Position numbers and translations under genes: made by a program. Positions 10,291-23,761 of a stretch of DNA of 47,581 nucleotides are shown here, piece by piece. The DNA lies in assembly GCA_032718475.1 (NCBI GenBank), contig JAUCBJ010008342.1, positions 1 to 47,581 on the forward strand. Reading direction: 5' to 3'. The notes beneath the pieces are model-generated. The model ran no database searches. It was not told the DNA's origin and saw nothing but the letters and a program-made list of their open reading frames with translations. The DNA comes from Nemertoderma westbladi (Eukaryota; Animalia; Xenacoelomorpha). Each line of letters starts with the position of its first letter. The first letter of the stretch is position 1.

Positions 10291-13200
10291 ATGTCTGACA
10301 CAAAGCAAAACCTGTCAGACAGTCTCTTAGATACAACCATCTGTGACCCAGACAGGAGTGTAGAACGTGAGAGACCGAAGTTCAATTCACCTCCTACTGT
10401 AAGAAAGATCATCCCTCCAGTAGTAATATCAGACCCTAGGCTAGTCCAACACCGTAGGTCTGTCATAGGCACTAGAGCTCAGGTCAAGCGGGACCAAGAA
10501 GCAGCGGAACAGCAACCACCCGCGAGCTGAGAACTTATTTCTCAGCGGCCCGACAGCTCCAGTAGTGCGGATACTGTAGAGCTGACACCCGAGCACAGAG
10601 CAAAGATGACAGATGCGGTTTATTCGGATCCCCTTCTTATCCTTCCTGCAGCCGTACTCACTAGGGTATTGATTGCGGTGGAGGAACACCAGATTGATTG
10701 GGCGAGAAGTAAGAGATCGACTAAAGATAGTTATGCGGGATACACAAGGGAAGAACTGAAGTCTATTGTCGAGTCGCAATGGAACTTCCCCGGACCCGGA
10801 CTACCTTTTGACTTATCAGAAGCTGCCTGGGAAGACATACACAGGATGGGAGTAATAAAAGAAACCATCGATCCAGCTGTATGGAAGAGGTCAGCAGCAG
10901 GATATGTACAGGGATTCTTCAGCTCTATGGAGCGATTAAAAGAACAACTGTTTCAACCACCCCAAGGACCTCAAGAGCAGGGACAGCTGCTTTATCAAGT
11001 TAGAGAAAGAATTCTACGAATCAGGCTAATCTTATCGGCCTTTGAGGAAGCTTCTAAAAGAAGACAAGACACGTCGTTGCAAGTTGCCGTAAAGACTTGG
11101 TTTCAACGGGTGAGTCTCCAGGTTCAAGGAACGGCTCAGTGGAAAGCTCAGCTGGAGGAGCGCTCAACCCATGGAGAATCAACAGACGCTACTTTTTCCC
11201 AAGTGGAAAGTGAAGCGACGGCAGAGAAACCGCATAAGAGGGATGCCATTGACATCTATCTGTCAGACTATCAATGCTTTTTAGGTGATGAAGAGTTGAG
11301 GAGAAGGCTAGATGGACTTAGCCCTAATAGTGAAGGAACCAAGCTTGTGTTGGACGCAATCGATGTGGATATGAGAGCTGCGAACCAAGCTAGATTTGAT
11401 GAACGCCTCCGCGTCACTAGAGTCCAAGAAGAACAAGTGAAGAAAAAACGTATAGAAGACAGAAAGGCAGCGGCAGTGGCAGCAGCAGTGGCGGCGGCAG
11501 AAGCAGAAAGAAAAGCAGCAGTGGCAGCGGCAGAGGCAGAGGCGGAAAGAAAAGCGGCAGCGGCCGAAGCAGAAAGAAAGGCGGCAGTGTCAGCGGCCGA
11601 AGCGGAAAGAAAGGCGGCAGTGGCAGCGGCCGAAGCGGAAAGAAAAGCAGCAGAAGCAGTAGCAGAAGCAGAACGGAGAGCTTCTGAAGAAACCACCCAA
11701 TTAGAATTGGAAAACATTCAGGAGAATCAAGACTGCATAAATAAACAGTTAACAGCTAGTAATATGCAGATAATGAGTCGATCTACTCCCAAAAGACAGG
11801 GATATACATCATCTGAGGAAGGCGATACCACCGATACTGAAGGCGGAGGAAATAGATCTCGTCTAAGCAGACGTAGAAGAACATCCCACCGTCAGAAATT
11901 GCCTGATTTGCCCCCAGCTGTTAGAAGGCAACTAAATAACACAAACTTAGGTAGTACAGAACCCACAGACCAAATAATTAAAATAGAAAGACTCCCTACT
12001 ATAGTAGATGAGCCTGAAATAATTAGGCCTGTTCCCGAAGCCACCCCTTCGGTGGTAGAGACACCTGTACTCCCTGAACCTACCTCTAAATTCCCTCTGC
12101 ACAGCACTAAGCTATCTGTGCCCCACAGAACCACCCTTGAAAATGTTCATGTCCTGGACTCCGAGCGAAATATTAATGGTTTGTCGCCCGTTGTCCCTCG
12201 TCCGCCCGCTACAACGTTGGCGGCTCCCGCTTCGGCGGTCGAGTAGGTGGATGAGAGACGACGGGGGATGAACCTCCTGCTCGGACAGATGCAGGAGACT
12301 GTCCACCAACTTAAGGGAACAGTAAGGGAAGGTAGGGCAGAATTGCAAGAAGTGCAGCAAAGTATCGCGTTAGAACGCGATAAATTAGTAAATACACAAA
12401 GAGGTATACCACCACCCCCTGTAACAATGTGTCAACCTGTTAGGTCTGAAGTATCTCATGCGCAAGGTGTAGAGCCTACACTCATATATACTGCTAGCGA
12501 AGTAGAAACTCCTATAGTGAACCCTATTAAGGGTAATTATAGACCTGTTGATAATGATATTCCCTATAGACCTGATCATAATCCGAGAAATTTATATACC
12601 GATAACTCGATATTAAATAACACGATGGCCCAAGAAAGTTTTACGCGTCAAATGGCTAGAACCGAAGCCCGTCAAGCGGTAAAGGTGGGAGAGATCGTCA
12701 AGTTCAATGGAGATGAGATGAAATGGTTACCTTTTAATGAATATTACAAAGATAACATACAGAACTCTGTACTATCTAACGGAGAGAAACTTTAGATTCC
12801 TTATCGAGTGCTTGGAAGGATCTCCCAAGTTAATGGCGTTAAAGTTTATTGGACATCCAGATGGATTAAGACAAGTTTGGGATACCCTAAACATCAGGTA
12901 TGGTAATAGGAATAACATAGCTAGGTATTTGTATGCAAAATTTTCCGATGAAATTCAGGAGATCTGTAGACAATTAGATTGGCTAGGTAAGTCTCATGAA
13001 TATCAGAGTTCTATGGTTATTGGAGCCGTGGCCTCTACTTTACCGAAGGGTGGAGTAGGTACACGCTGGGATAAGAAAGTGTTATATATGATGGAACAAC
13101 AACGACGAGACCCTACCATGGCTGATCTCATGTCATTCTTAGATGGAGAAGTGAAATTACAGCTCCTAAAGCAGTCCAGAGAAAAGACACCGGAAAACAA

Positions 13201-13780
13201 GGTAAGTGAGAAACCCGTTTCTAGGAGAAAGGTAATACCAGTGTGTTATACAGACGACGGCGAAAGCCAGGCTTCTCAAGAAGAAGACAGCGGGAAAGAC
13301 ACTGAAAGATCTTACTATGACAACAAAGCGACTAAGGACGTAAGTAAATTCAAGTCTCGAACCAATGACAGGAGAGAACAGGTAAGAAAAACTCCTCCTA
13401 CGTCTCCTAAGAGAATTCATGTAAGAAAGCCCGAGGAAAGAACGAGTGTGCACAACGTTACCCAAAGTAAGGTAAGTAACATCAAACCAAAATGTGTGCT
13501 GTGCGACGGGCCCCACCGTTTGAATATGTGTGATAAATTCCTAAAGAAATCATTAAAGGATAGACGTGAAGTCATGTGGGATAAGCGGTTGTGTTATAAT
13601 TGCCTCAGACGAGGACACCAACGGCGAACCTGTTACTCAGACGCAAGGTGTGCAAAGTGCGGCGCAAAACATCATATCTTGTTGCACACTGAATTCGAAC
13701 GAAACAGCCTGAGTCAGGTAAGTGAGTCCGAACTACATGTCCAATTCAGTGATGTGAACGACACTGACCAAAAGTTCTGA
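10291..13780 (+). pseudogene. gag: BEL/Pao gag of A, disrupted
   Basis: DUF1759-like FNGDEMKWLPFNEYY...EKL; three zinc knuckles CVLCDGPHRLNMC, CYNCLRRGHQRRTC and CAKCGAKHHILLH. Stops at 10528 and 12244 (CAA and TGG in B); frameshift at ~12790. Confidence 0.9.
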
Positions 13781-15017
13781 GATGGAAGGATTCTATACGG
13801 ACGAATTCTCCGACGAAAACGAATCCTGTTACCTGATAAATACCGCAGTGTATCGAATGAAAAGGACACCGACAGCGAGCTCCCCCTAACTACTTCTGAC
13901 CGACAACCATCTTGGAAAGCATCAACTTCCAATGTAGGAATCCGAGAATTTCCCGTAGTGCAGTTGAGGGTCCACGGACCTGAAAGGAGTTATATAGTGA
14001 ACGCCCTCCTTGACTCTCGACTTCGCTACCAGCCAAGTAGAACCTTATAACTGGGATGAGGACGATTTCACCCAGCAGCTCGAAATACCTAGATTCAACA
14101 CCGATTACCCTGGAGTGCAAATACTCATCGGTCAAAACGCGCATGAAGCGCTCGAGACATTGGAGAAACGGCCTGCTCAACCGCAACCACTACAAGCTTA
14201 TGTGGGAAGAACTAGAGTGGGTTGGTACTTTACTGGCCCTTCCCGTAAAACTCTCATGGAAAGATTACCAAAAGAACAGGTATATCAATTACGTGAATGG
14301 GAAGTGGAGAGCAGTGAAGTTGACGACCCAACTGAGGGAACACCATACTCCTCAGATAATGACGATATTAACTCCAAGGTAGATCAATGGAGATATTGCC
14401 CCGAGACAATTAATCTAGCCGACATCGCTTCCAGAGAAGCAACTCCTCAAGAACTGACAGATACTCCAGACTGGTTAGGTGGACCCGACTTCCTAAGTAA
14501 AGAAGATGAATGGTCTCCCCATCTTACCACGGCTAAGATTAGACAAGCCAAGGGAGCGGAGAAAGTCAAACCTAAAACCCGGACGAGTAAATCAAGGTTA
14601 TTTAAACCCGTGATAGATCTGTCTGTATTACACATTGCCAGGGATGACACTGTGGATCTAAACTCCCCCACCGAGGACCGATCTGTTGTGGAGATCAGAG
14701 AGAGAGACTGGAGATCTGGAACACCAGACGTCTCGCCGGGACTCTCACCTCTCCTGCCGGGAGCGATGGACCACTATAGATCCTGGAATCGGCTTTGTAA
14801 GGCCGTCGTGTATTTGAAGCGATGTTTCTATCGTCACTATTCCAGGACGAAGAAGAAACCTGGAATTGTCTTCGAGACACAGCAGCTCAATCGCCCAGTT
14901 GGTAGTTTATGTTTACTGGAACGAGACCGAGAACTGTCCGGAAACTATGGAAGGCAAGATACTCTTCCCACAACCACCTCCCTAATCCAACAAACATCTA
15001 GGGACTCCCCAACGTAA
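13781..15017 (+). pseudogene. pol: Internally deleted pol remnant of A: broken protease, end of RNase H, integrase C-terminal tail
   Basis: VNALLDS followed by a deletion relative to B; ILIGQN..RTRVGWYFTGP; QWRYCPETINLADIASR..WLGGPDFL; LNRPVGSLCLLE. No YxDD motif and no integrase DDE core. Confidence 0.8.
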
Positions 15018-16668
15018 CAGCGTCTGGAGTGGGTGTGTGACTATATTATTTATATTTATTTTTATTATTTTATATTTATGTATGTATTATTATGTAATTT
15101 TATTATAATCGTTTTCTTTAATTTTATTTAGTAGAGTGTTATTTTAGCGATTATTTAGTAGATTAGTGCAATATATATTCGCGTTTATTACTTAATTACT
15201 TATATATTATATATTTAGTGCGACGGCGAGAAATAATTCTTTTTCTCTTTCCTTACTGTCCGTATTACATTACAAATACGTAACTACAGTAAGATGAAAT
15301 GTCCGTACTTATTAAAGTACAATAAAGCTCCTACTATATTTAAGTATTATTGGTAAGCAGAGTATTAGGAATGCAAAATTCAGATCCTCGTGTCTCGGCT
15401 AAACCAAGCTCTGGGTAGACCTTGGAAACGACTTGCCTCTTCTCACTGACATTGCTTCGTGCGATATTGCTCTCATACCGTATATTAAATAATACATATA
15501 CGTAGCGCTGATGTCCCTTTAACAGTAGCGTATAACGCAAAATAAATCTGTTAAACCCTTTGACCATCTGTAATTCTAGTCGATTAAGATATCGCGGCAC
15601 CCACCGATATACTTGAAAGACAAAATTCTAGAATCAGTGGTTAACGTCCCCAGACAAGTTCTGGAATAAACTGGTGCCCATCCTAAATATTAATTATGAA
15701 TATTTACAAAATCTGTCAAATTTTAGATCCTTTAAAATTCTAGTCGATTAAGATATCGTAGCACTTACCGATACTCTTAAAAAGACAAAATTCCTAGAAT
15801 CAAGGATCCCAGTCCCCAGACACGTTCTGGAATAAAATTGTGTCTATTTAACATTAAATAATAAAATTTACGGGAATAAATTTAAATTCATATATTTCAA
15901 TGAATTTAATAAATTGTCATTTTTATACAATTTATAACATTCCCAAAATTCCATTAATTAATAGATCATGGGAGCGGAGATTCACTCTATTAAGTGTATT
16001 TGTGTGCGAGAATCTCCATATATAGTCAATAGCCGATAAAATTCATAAAATCATGTATAGAGAGGATATTGACCATTAAAGAATTACTATTAAATAGCAT
16101 CCCAGATCTGTATGCATGAGAATTACCCTAATTCTACCGCTAGCTTTCCATAATGTCACCATGGCAACAACCACGCTAGAATTAGAAGCGAGTTAACAGA
16201 ACAATAAAAAGCTTGCTCATTGAATAGCATACGGAATAAATAGCAGACCGCTAGTATCCAAGGATACATAATAACAACGTGACATTCTGGAAGGCACTTG
16301 ACTAACGGACAAATGACCCGAATGTGTGATAGAATGTGTACCATTTGTGACAGTTACGTGGAATTTGTGCGTTTGTAGGTGAATGTTACTACTAAGGTGT
16401 GTTTACAGTAGCGAGTCGCAATTGTGAAAGTAGCCCTAACTCTCCAGTAAGAACCTGAAGTATATCTAAGCCTTTGGGACGGACGGTGGAGTGACTCGTG
16501 CTGGTTGTTGTAGTCATTGTGCAGCTACGACGTTGGCAATAGGCACATCGGCGAAAGTACACCAGCGCTGAGGATCTCGCACTGTCCGGGGGCAGAGAGG
16601 GGTAGGCAGCGACGCCCGCTCGCCTAAATATAAACTCATTATAATATGGATAAACTTATATAGCAGAT

Positions 16669-16993
16669 ATGATTGAGTTGATAGAAGATGATCTTGGTAT
16701 CAGGGAGCGATATACTCTACCTTTACAAGCATTTGTTGATAGCTTGATACGCGGCGACGCTGGTCCAACTACTACGGAGGACGATGGTCGTTGATGGTCG
16801 GAAGCGGAACGATAAACTGAGACTCGAACACAAAAATTCTATTCGAAACCGACTCGAAAGTGCAGATGTTGAAGAGCCGGATAAACGCAGCGATTTAACC
16901 AAATACCTGGAATTCTTGAGAGAAACCTATCTCGATATTACCAGTCAACAGAATCTAGAAACTCGATATCCTCAAGGTATACATCATGACCGC
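16669..16993 (+). pseudogene. 5' part of A's accessory ORF (unknown function), interrupted by element B
   Basis: MIELIEDDLGIRERYTLPLQAFVDSLIRGD...DDGR matches the start of B's ORF at 26527. After a junction, the frame ...GIHHDR continues in frame into MVELRR (29156) once B and one TSD copy are removed. Confidence 0.75.
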
Positions 16994-18218
16994 TGTAAAA
17001 GCTTCTGTGGGATATAACTGGCCCTTTTGCTTTGCAATCCAGTTCCCCCCCAGGCGCTGGAATACTCTAAAAAGCTCTCTAGCTCGAATGATGCAAAGCG
17101 ACCGGCTGATTGGCTGATTTGTTATACGAGGGGCTTTTTACTATGTTCTATCGGCCAACCAGAGCTATAGCAGCAGAGTATGCAACCAGGGCAACCGAGC
17201 GGAGTGACTCATTTTGTGTGTTGGCCAAGGGTTGCAAAAATCCTGATAGTTCGGCATTTAGATATTCGTGGAACTTGTGGAATCTGGTGCTCTGCCAATG
17301 AGAGCTATTCCTCTCTGTGTAAAAGATACAGAGAGAGAGTGTTTTTGTCACTGTTCTGTTGTTTCTATCTAGGCCAGGAACACCGGCTCTAGAGTGAATT
17401 AGTTTTCATACTTTAAAAGAAACATTAGTAGGCTTAAATTATAGAGCGTATGACTGTTATCGGTCCAATTCATAACAATTCACGGTTTAACATATCACTG
17501 TACATATCGGTTCATATCATATCTTAACCTACCGTCTTAATGCTGTTTACTGTTGTGTTTGATTGAATATTATTTGGAGAACATTTATAAAGAACCCAAA
17601 TTTCCCAATTTTCTTGATACACTACAGGTTAGAGAGAAGGGTTATATATATAGCGATTGCGACTTGTATTATTGTGGTTTGTATTGAATTTAATGCTATT
17701 TGATAAGCACTACATGAGTCCGTTGCTAGTCTCTTTATATATGATAAAATTCATTGACGGTCGGCAAAGTAGTGAGCAGTATTGTGTGTTACCGGTAGTG
17801 TGCATGATTGTGACTGATAACTAAGCATTTCCTAAAGAATGCGCCTCATACGTGAATCATAAGCCTTACCGACTTACCGTTGTGATTAGTATAAGTCATA
17901 TCTCTGTTTACTTAGATAGAGCGCCACGTCCTAAAGGAACTGTTAATATTTCCCGAAAGTGAATAATATTAGTCAGAAATTATTTATTAACGATCAATCG
18001 AATAATACAGCAGGCTTCACTGCAATAATAATCTAAGCCCTCAGAATCCAGTCTCCCAGGTATATCCAGCGGGTGAATGGACGCGCACTAGGCTGGCTTC
18101 TGCTAATGTTGTGTTTATTGGTATTAAATATTTGTCATCATCTAAAGTATATTTATAAACCAAAAGACATATAAATTTTGGCAGGTTAAACTGCTAAAGG
18201 TCTTCAAAAGCGCGTACA
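16994..18218 (+). repeat. 5' LTR of element B (1225 bp)
   Basis: TGTAAAAGC...GCGCGTACA; homologous to but diverged from A's LTR. Confidence 0.95.
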
Positions 18219-18229
18219 ATAACAGTCAT
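18219..18229 (+). promoter_or_regulatory. Non-tRNA primer-binding site of B (ATAACAGTCAT), complementary to LTR 17450-17460
   Basis: Exact 11-nt reverse complement of ATGACTGTTAT; no TGG. Confidence 0.65.
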
Positions 18230-18287
18230 TGACTTTATTGCAGTAAGCAATAAAGTTGAGAGTACCGGTCGACCGGTAAAACCTGAA

Positions 18288-18412
18288 CCGGTACTTCTGT
18301 AGGTCAGTAGGCCCAACTGCCAGAACCGGTACTGCTGTAGGTCCGTAGGTCCAACTGCCAGAACCGGTACTTCTGTAGGTCCGTAGGCCCAACTGTCCTA
18401 ACCGGTACTTCC
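18288..18412 (+). repeat. ~38-bp tandem repeat (about 3 copies) in the leader of B
   Basis: ccggtact(t/g)ctgtaggtc(a/c)gtagg(c/t)ccaactgccagaa repeated. Confidence 0.85.
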
Positions 18413-20162
18413 AGTATAAGTACATTAGTATTATTCGATTTTGATTATTGCATACCGGTAGGCTGTTTAAGAGATTAGGGACTGTACACCCCTTGTTTCT
18501 TTTGGAGCTTACTTATTTCTGTCAGTTTTATTTACATGTAAGTTAATATTGAGCTGGAGACGTGTAAGTCTGCTCAGATTGTTCAGATAATTGTAGGCCG
18601 GACTGTTGTCGGATTGTTGTTGGGTTTGGAGAGATTACGGCGTGTGTAGAGTTTGTCTGATAAAGTGCCAGTTAGTAAGTTGGGGCAGCCATAGCTGTAA
18701 GGTCAATCCCCTCTTAAAGAATAAGTCGTACTACCGTGTTAGAACGCATACTAACTAACCATTTTGGAATCTGCACATACAGTAGTTTATTTAGGCTTGG
18801 TGGTAGTCTGCCAGCGTTTGGTTTGTATTTTGTTTGAGTATTCTGTACGGGTAGCGTAATATTTATTATTCAGAGTTTATGCGATTATTCGCAACATTCA
18901 TGTCCCCAAGTTTATTCCTACAGTAATTGTGTTTGTTACACATACCGTTATAGTTAAATTAACCCCGGTACTACACGGGCTGCTTGGCGTAGGAAAAGAC
19001 TGGTGACTTTGTGCTTCGGTCACTCCAGCAGATGCCGTGGTTCTTTTAACTGTTCAAGTATATTTAACTACTGATTATTTGTTGTACCAGTACTTGTACC
19101 TAATTTAGGGTTTAGTGTACAGTGCTTTCCGAAGTAATTAGTGTGTAGGCAGTATATTTGTGTTGTAAAGTGGTTAATAGGCACGCTGGATCTGGTAGTC
19201 CGCGGTAATTAACTTCTAGGTAGGAACACTCCGTGATACATAACGTAGTACCTATAGCGATACGGTTATAGGTCGTCAGGCGGTGGTATTTTCCTATCTG
19301 GACAATGCAGTGTATTTACTACTACTTATTATTTCAAATACCGTAGTACCCTGTCCGTTGTAATAACCAGAATTCTAACCCTTTGTTAGGCTGGTTTGTA
19401 GACTTCCTGTAAAATTACCCTAAAAATTTCGTACGTAATATTTTGTTGTGTTTAATTAGAGATTTAATCTCACCCGTATCGTAAGTAATTTGTAGTATTA
19501 AGTAACTTAGGTAAATTAGAATTATCTGTTTTAGTGTCCCATAAATAGCACTTCACTGAAAGCGCACAGCTTCTGTGTAGTGACTCCCTAGAAATAATAA
19601 CATTTATTTCAAATATTGACATAACCCTTTTAAACGGGTATATATCTATTATAAATCAACTCAAACGATTTATAAATAGTAGGCCTGCCATACAACAACT
19701 AGGTCTCAATATCAGTTGGACTACTGCTTAAATAACGGTAACAAAGTAAGTTAAAGTAACCAAGTAACCCTAAAATATTCAGAAATTCAATTATTCTAAA
19801 AATAATTGACATACCGGTATTTACTATAGGCTTATTATATTTATTTCTATAAATTTGAGCTGAAATCATACCGGTATTCTGTAATTAATTCTAGTTCATA
19901 ATTATACTTATATATACTATCAGTGTAAGCTGTATACCGGTATTCACGATAGGCCTATTATATATTTATATATATTGTGCTAAAATTATATACCGGTACT
20001 CTGTGACAAACCTAGTTTACAATACTTATATATACTATAAGTGTATACCGGTATTCTAATATACTGTAATAAATTACCAGTACTAGGCCAACGGTCATAC
20101 TGAATTACTAGACTTGCTTTAACTGTAACTATAGCAGTAGACATTCAACTGTATAGCTGAAC

Positions 20163-23100
20163 ATGTCTGACACTCAGCAAAACCTGTCAGACAGTCTAAT
20201 CGATACAACCATCTGTGACACAGATAGGAGTGTGGAGCGATTAAGAAAGGAGTTCAGCTCACCTCCTACTGAAAGAAAGGTCATCCCTCCAGTAGTAGTA
20301 TCAGACCCTAAGCTAATCCAACACCGTAGGTCTATCATCGGTACTCGGGCCCAAGTCAAACGGAACCAGGAAGCAGCTGTCCCACAGCAGCAACTGCCTA
20401 GTCAAGAAACTTGTTCCCAGCGATCCGATAGCTCCAGTAGTTCGGATACTGTCGAGCTGACCCCCGAACGAGGATTGCAGATGGCGGCTACAGCCTACTC
20501 GGACCCCCTTCTCACCCTTCCTGCCGCAGTGCTAACTACTATATTGATTGCGGTGGAGGAACATCAAGCCGATTGGGTGAGAAATAAGCGAGCGACCCAA
20601 GATAATTATGCGGGATACGCCAGGGAAGAATTGATGTCTATTGTCGAATCACAATGGAACTTTCCCGGACCCGGACTCCCGTTAGATCTGTCCGAAGCTA
20701 CTTGGGAAGATATCCACAGGATGGGAGTGGCTAAAGATACGATGGATCCAGCTGTTTGGAAGAGGTCGGCAGCAGGATATGTGCAGGGATTCTTCGGCTC
20801 CTTAGAGCGATTAGAAGAACAACTGTTTCGACAACCCTAGGACCTCAAGAGCAGGAAGAACTGCTATACCAAGTACGAGAAAGAACCCTACGCATTCGAC
20901 TAATCCTATCAGCTTTTGAGGAAACTTCCAAAAGAAGACAGGACACGTCGCTGCAGGTTGCTGTCAAAACTTGGTTCCAGCGGGTAGGTCTCAAAGTACA
21001 AGAAACGGACCAGTGGAAATCCCAGCTGGCTGAGAGACTAACCTATGAAGAACCAACTGATGCCACCCTTCCTCAAGTGGAAAGCGAAGTGACAGCAGAG
21101 AGACCGCGAACTAGAGACGCTATCGACATTTATCTGTCCGACTATCAGCGATTCCTAGGAGACGAAGAGTTGAGGAGACGGCTGTCTGGACTTTCCCCTA
21201 ATAGTGAAGGAACCAAGCTTGTGTTGGACGCAATCGATACTGAGATGATAGCTGCGGACCAAGCTAAATTTGATGAACGTCTCAGCATAGCTAGAGCTCA
21301 AGAAGAACAAGTAAAGAAAAGGCGGATTGAAGACAAAAAGGCAGCAGCAATAGCAGCGGCAATGGCAAAAGCAGAAGCAGACAGAAAGGCGGCAGAAGCA
21401 GCGGCCGAAGCAGACAGAAAGGCGGAAATAAAAGCGGCGGAGGCAAAAGCAGAAGCAGACAGAAAAGCGGCGGAGGCAAAAGCAGAAGCAGACAGAAAGG
21501 CGGCAGAAGCAGCGGCCGAAGCAGACAGAAAGGCGGAAATAAAAGCGGCGGAGGCAAAAGCAGAAGCAGACAGAAAAGCGGCGGAGGCAGTGGTAGAAGC
21601 AGAACGAAGAGCGTCTGAGGAGACCGCCCAGCTGGAGTTAGAAAATCTGCAGGAGACGCAAGACAGCATCGGTAGGCAGTTAACAGACAGTCGAATGCAG
21701 ATGATGAGTCGATATACTTCCAAACGCCAAGGCTATACATCATCGGAGGAAGGGGATACCACCGATCCTGAAGGTGGAGGAAATCAATCTCGTCTCAGTA
21801 GACGTAGAAGAACATCTCACCGTCATAAATTGCCTGATTTGCCCCCAGCCGTTAGAAGACAATTAGCTAGCACAACAGTAGGTAGTACAGAACCTACAGA
21901 CCGAATTATTACCGTCAACAGACTCCCTACTATAACAGATGAGCCTGAAATAATTAGGCCTTTTCTCGAAGCCACCCATTCGGTGCTAGAGACACCTGTA
22001 CTCCCTGAAACAAACTCTAAATTCCATTTACACAGTACTACACTGCATGTACCCAGTAGAACAGTCCCTGAGAATATCCCTGTCCTGGAAGCTGAGAGAG
22101 AAATCAAAGATTTGTCTCCCGTCGTCCCGCGTCAGCCCGCTACAATGTTGGCGACTCCCGCTTCGGCGGTTGAGTGGGTAGAGGAGGGACGGCGGGGGAT
22201 GAATCTCCTGCTCGGACAGATGCAGGAGACTGTCCACCAACTTAAGGGAACAGTAAGGGAAGGTAGGGCCGAATTGCAAGAAGTGCAGCAAAGTATCGCG
22301 CTAGAACGCGACAAATTAGTCAACATACAAAAGGGCATACCAATACCCCCTGTAACATTGTGTCAACCTGTTAGGTCTGAAATATTACATGCGCAAGGTG
22401 TGGAGCCTACACGCATCTATACTGCTAGTGAAGTAGAAACTCCTATAGCAAACCCTATTAAGGGTGATTATAGACCTGTTGTTAATGATATTCCCTATAG
22501 ACCTGATAATGATCCGAGAAATTTATATACCGATAATTCGATATTAAATAACACGATGGCCCAAGAAAGCTTTACGCGTCAGATGGCTAGAACAGAAGCC
22601 CGCCAAGCGGTCAAAGTGGGAGAGATCGTTAAATTCAATGGAGATGAGATGAAATGGTTACCTTTCAATGAATATTACAAAGATAGCATACAAAACTCTG
22701 TACTATCTAACGGAGAGAAACTTAGGTTCCTCATCAAATGCTTGGAAGGACCTCCCAAGTTAATGGCGTTAAAGTTTATTGGACATCCAGAAGGATTAAG
22801 ACAAGTTTGGGATACATTAAACATCAGGTATGGTAACAAGGATAACATAGCTAAGTATTTGTATGCAAAATTAGTAGCCCCTCGACACTTCCTTAGTAGC
22901 GGGATTATAGAGTTTTCCGATGAAATTCAAGAGATCTGTAGACAATTGGACTGGTTAGGTAAGTCTCATGAATATCAGAGTTCCATGGTTATTGGAGCAG
23001 TAGTCTCTACTTTACCAAAGGGTGGAGTATGTACGCGCTGGGACAAGAAAGTGTTGTACATGAATGAACAACAACGACGAAGCCCTACCATGGCTGATCT

Positions 23101-23761
23101 CATGTCCTTCTTAGATAGTGAAGTAAAATTACAACTCATAAAGCAGTCCAGAGAGAAAACATCGGAAAATAAGGTAAGTGAGAAACCCGTTTCTAGGAGA
23201 AGGATAATACCAGTGTGTTATACTGACGACGGCGAAAGCCAAGCTTCTCAAGAAGAGGACAGCGGGAAAGACACAGCAAAATCTTACTATGACAACAAGA
23301 CCTATAAAGACGTAAGTAAATACAAGTCTCGAACCAGTGACAGGAGAGAACCGGTAACAACAACTCCTCCTACGTCTCCTAAGAGAATTCACGGAAGAAA
23401 GCCCGAAGAAAGAACGAGAGTGCATAACGTTACCCAAGGTAAAGTGAGTAACATCAAACCAAAATGTGTGCTGTGCGACGGGCCCCACCGTTTGAGTGCG
23501 TGTGCTGAATTTCTAAAGAAATCCCTTGTAGACAGACGTACAGTCCTGTGGAATAAGCGGTTATGCTATAATTGCCTCAGATCGGGACACCAACGGCGAA
23601 CCTGTTACTCCGACGTAAAGTGTGCAAAGTGTGGCGCGAAACATCACATCTTGTTACACAGTGAGTTCGAACGAAACAACCCGAGTCAGGTAAGTGAGCC
23701 CGAACTACATGTCCAATTCAGTGATGTAAATGATACTGATCAAGAGTCTGAGATGGAATGA
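20163..23761 (+). CDS. gag: BEL/Pao gag of B (one 1-nt frameshift at ~20835, otherwise open)
   Basis: Same motifs as A (DUF1759-like region, three zinc knuckles, Ala/Glu/Lys repeat). ORFs 20163-20840 and 20756-23761 join when aligned to A. Confidence 0.88.

Noticed and set aside
11271-11717. Antisense Ala/Ser-rich ORFs (also 21291-21743 and 21298-21723)
   Set aside because: Shadows of the Gag repeat region.
23759-23761. Programmed gag-pol readthrough at the in-frame TGA in B
   Set aside because: A has GGA at the homologous codon (ATGGAAGGATTC), and BEL/Pao elements normally have a single ORF, so a point mutation is more likely.
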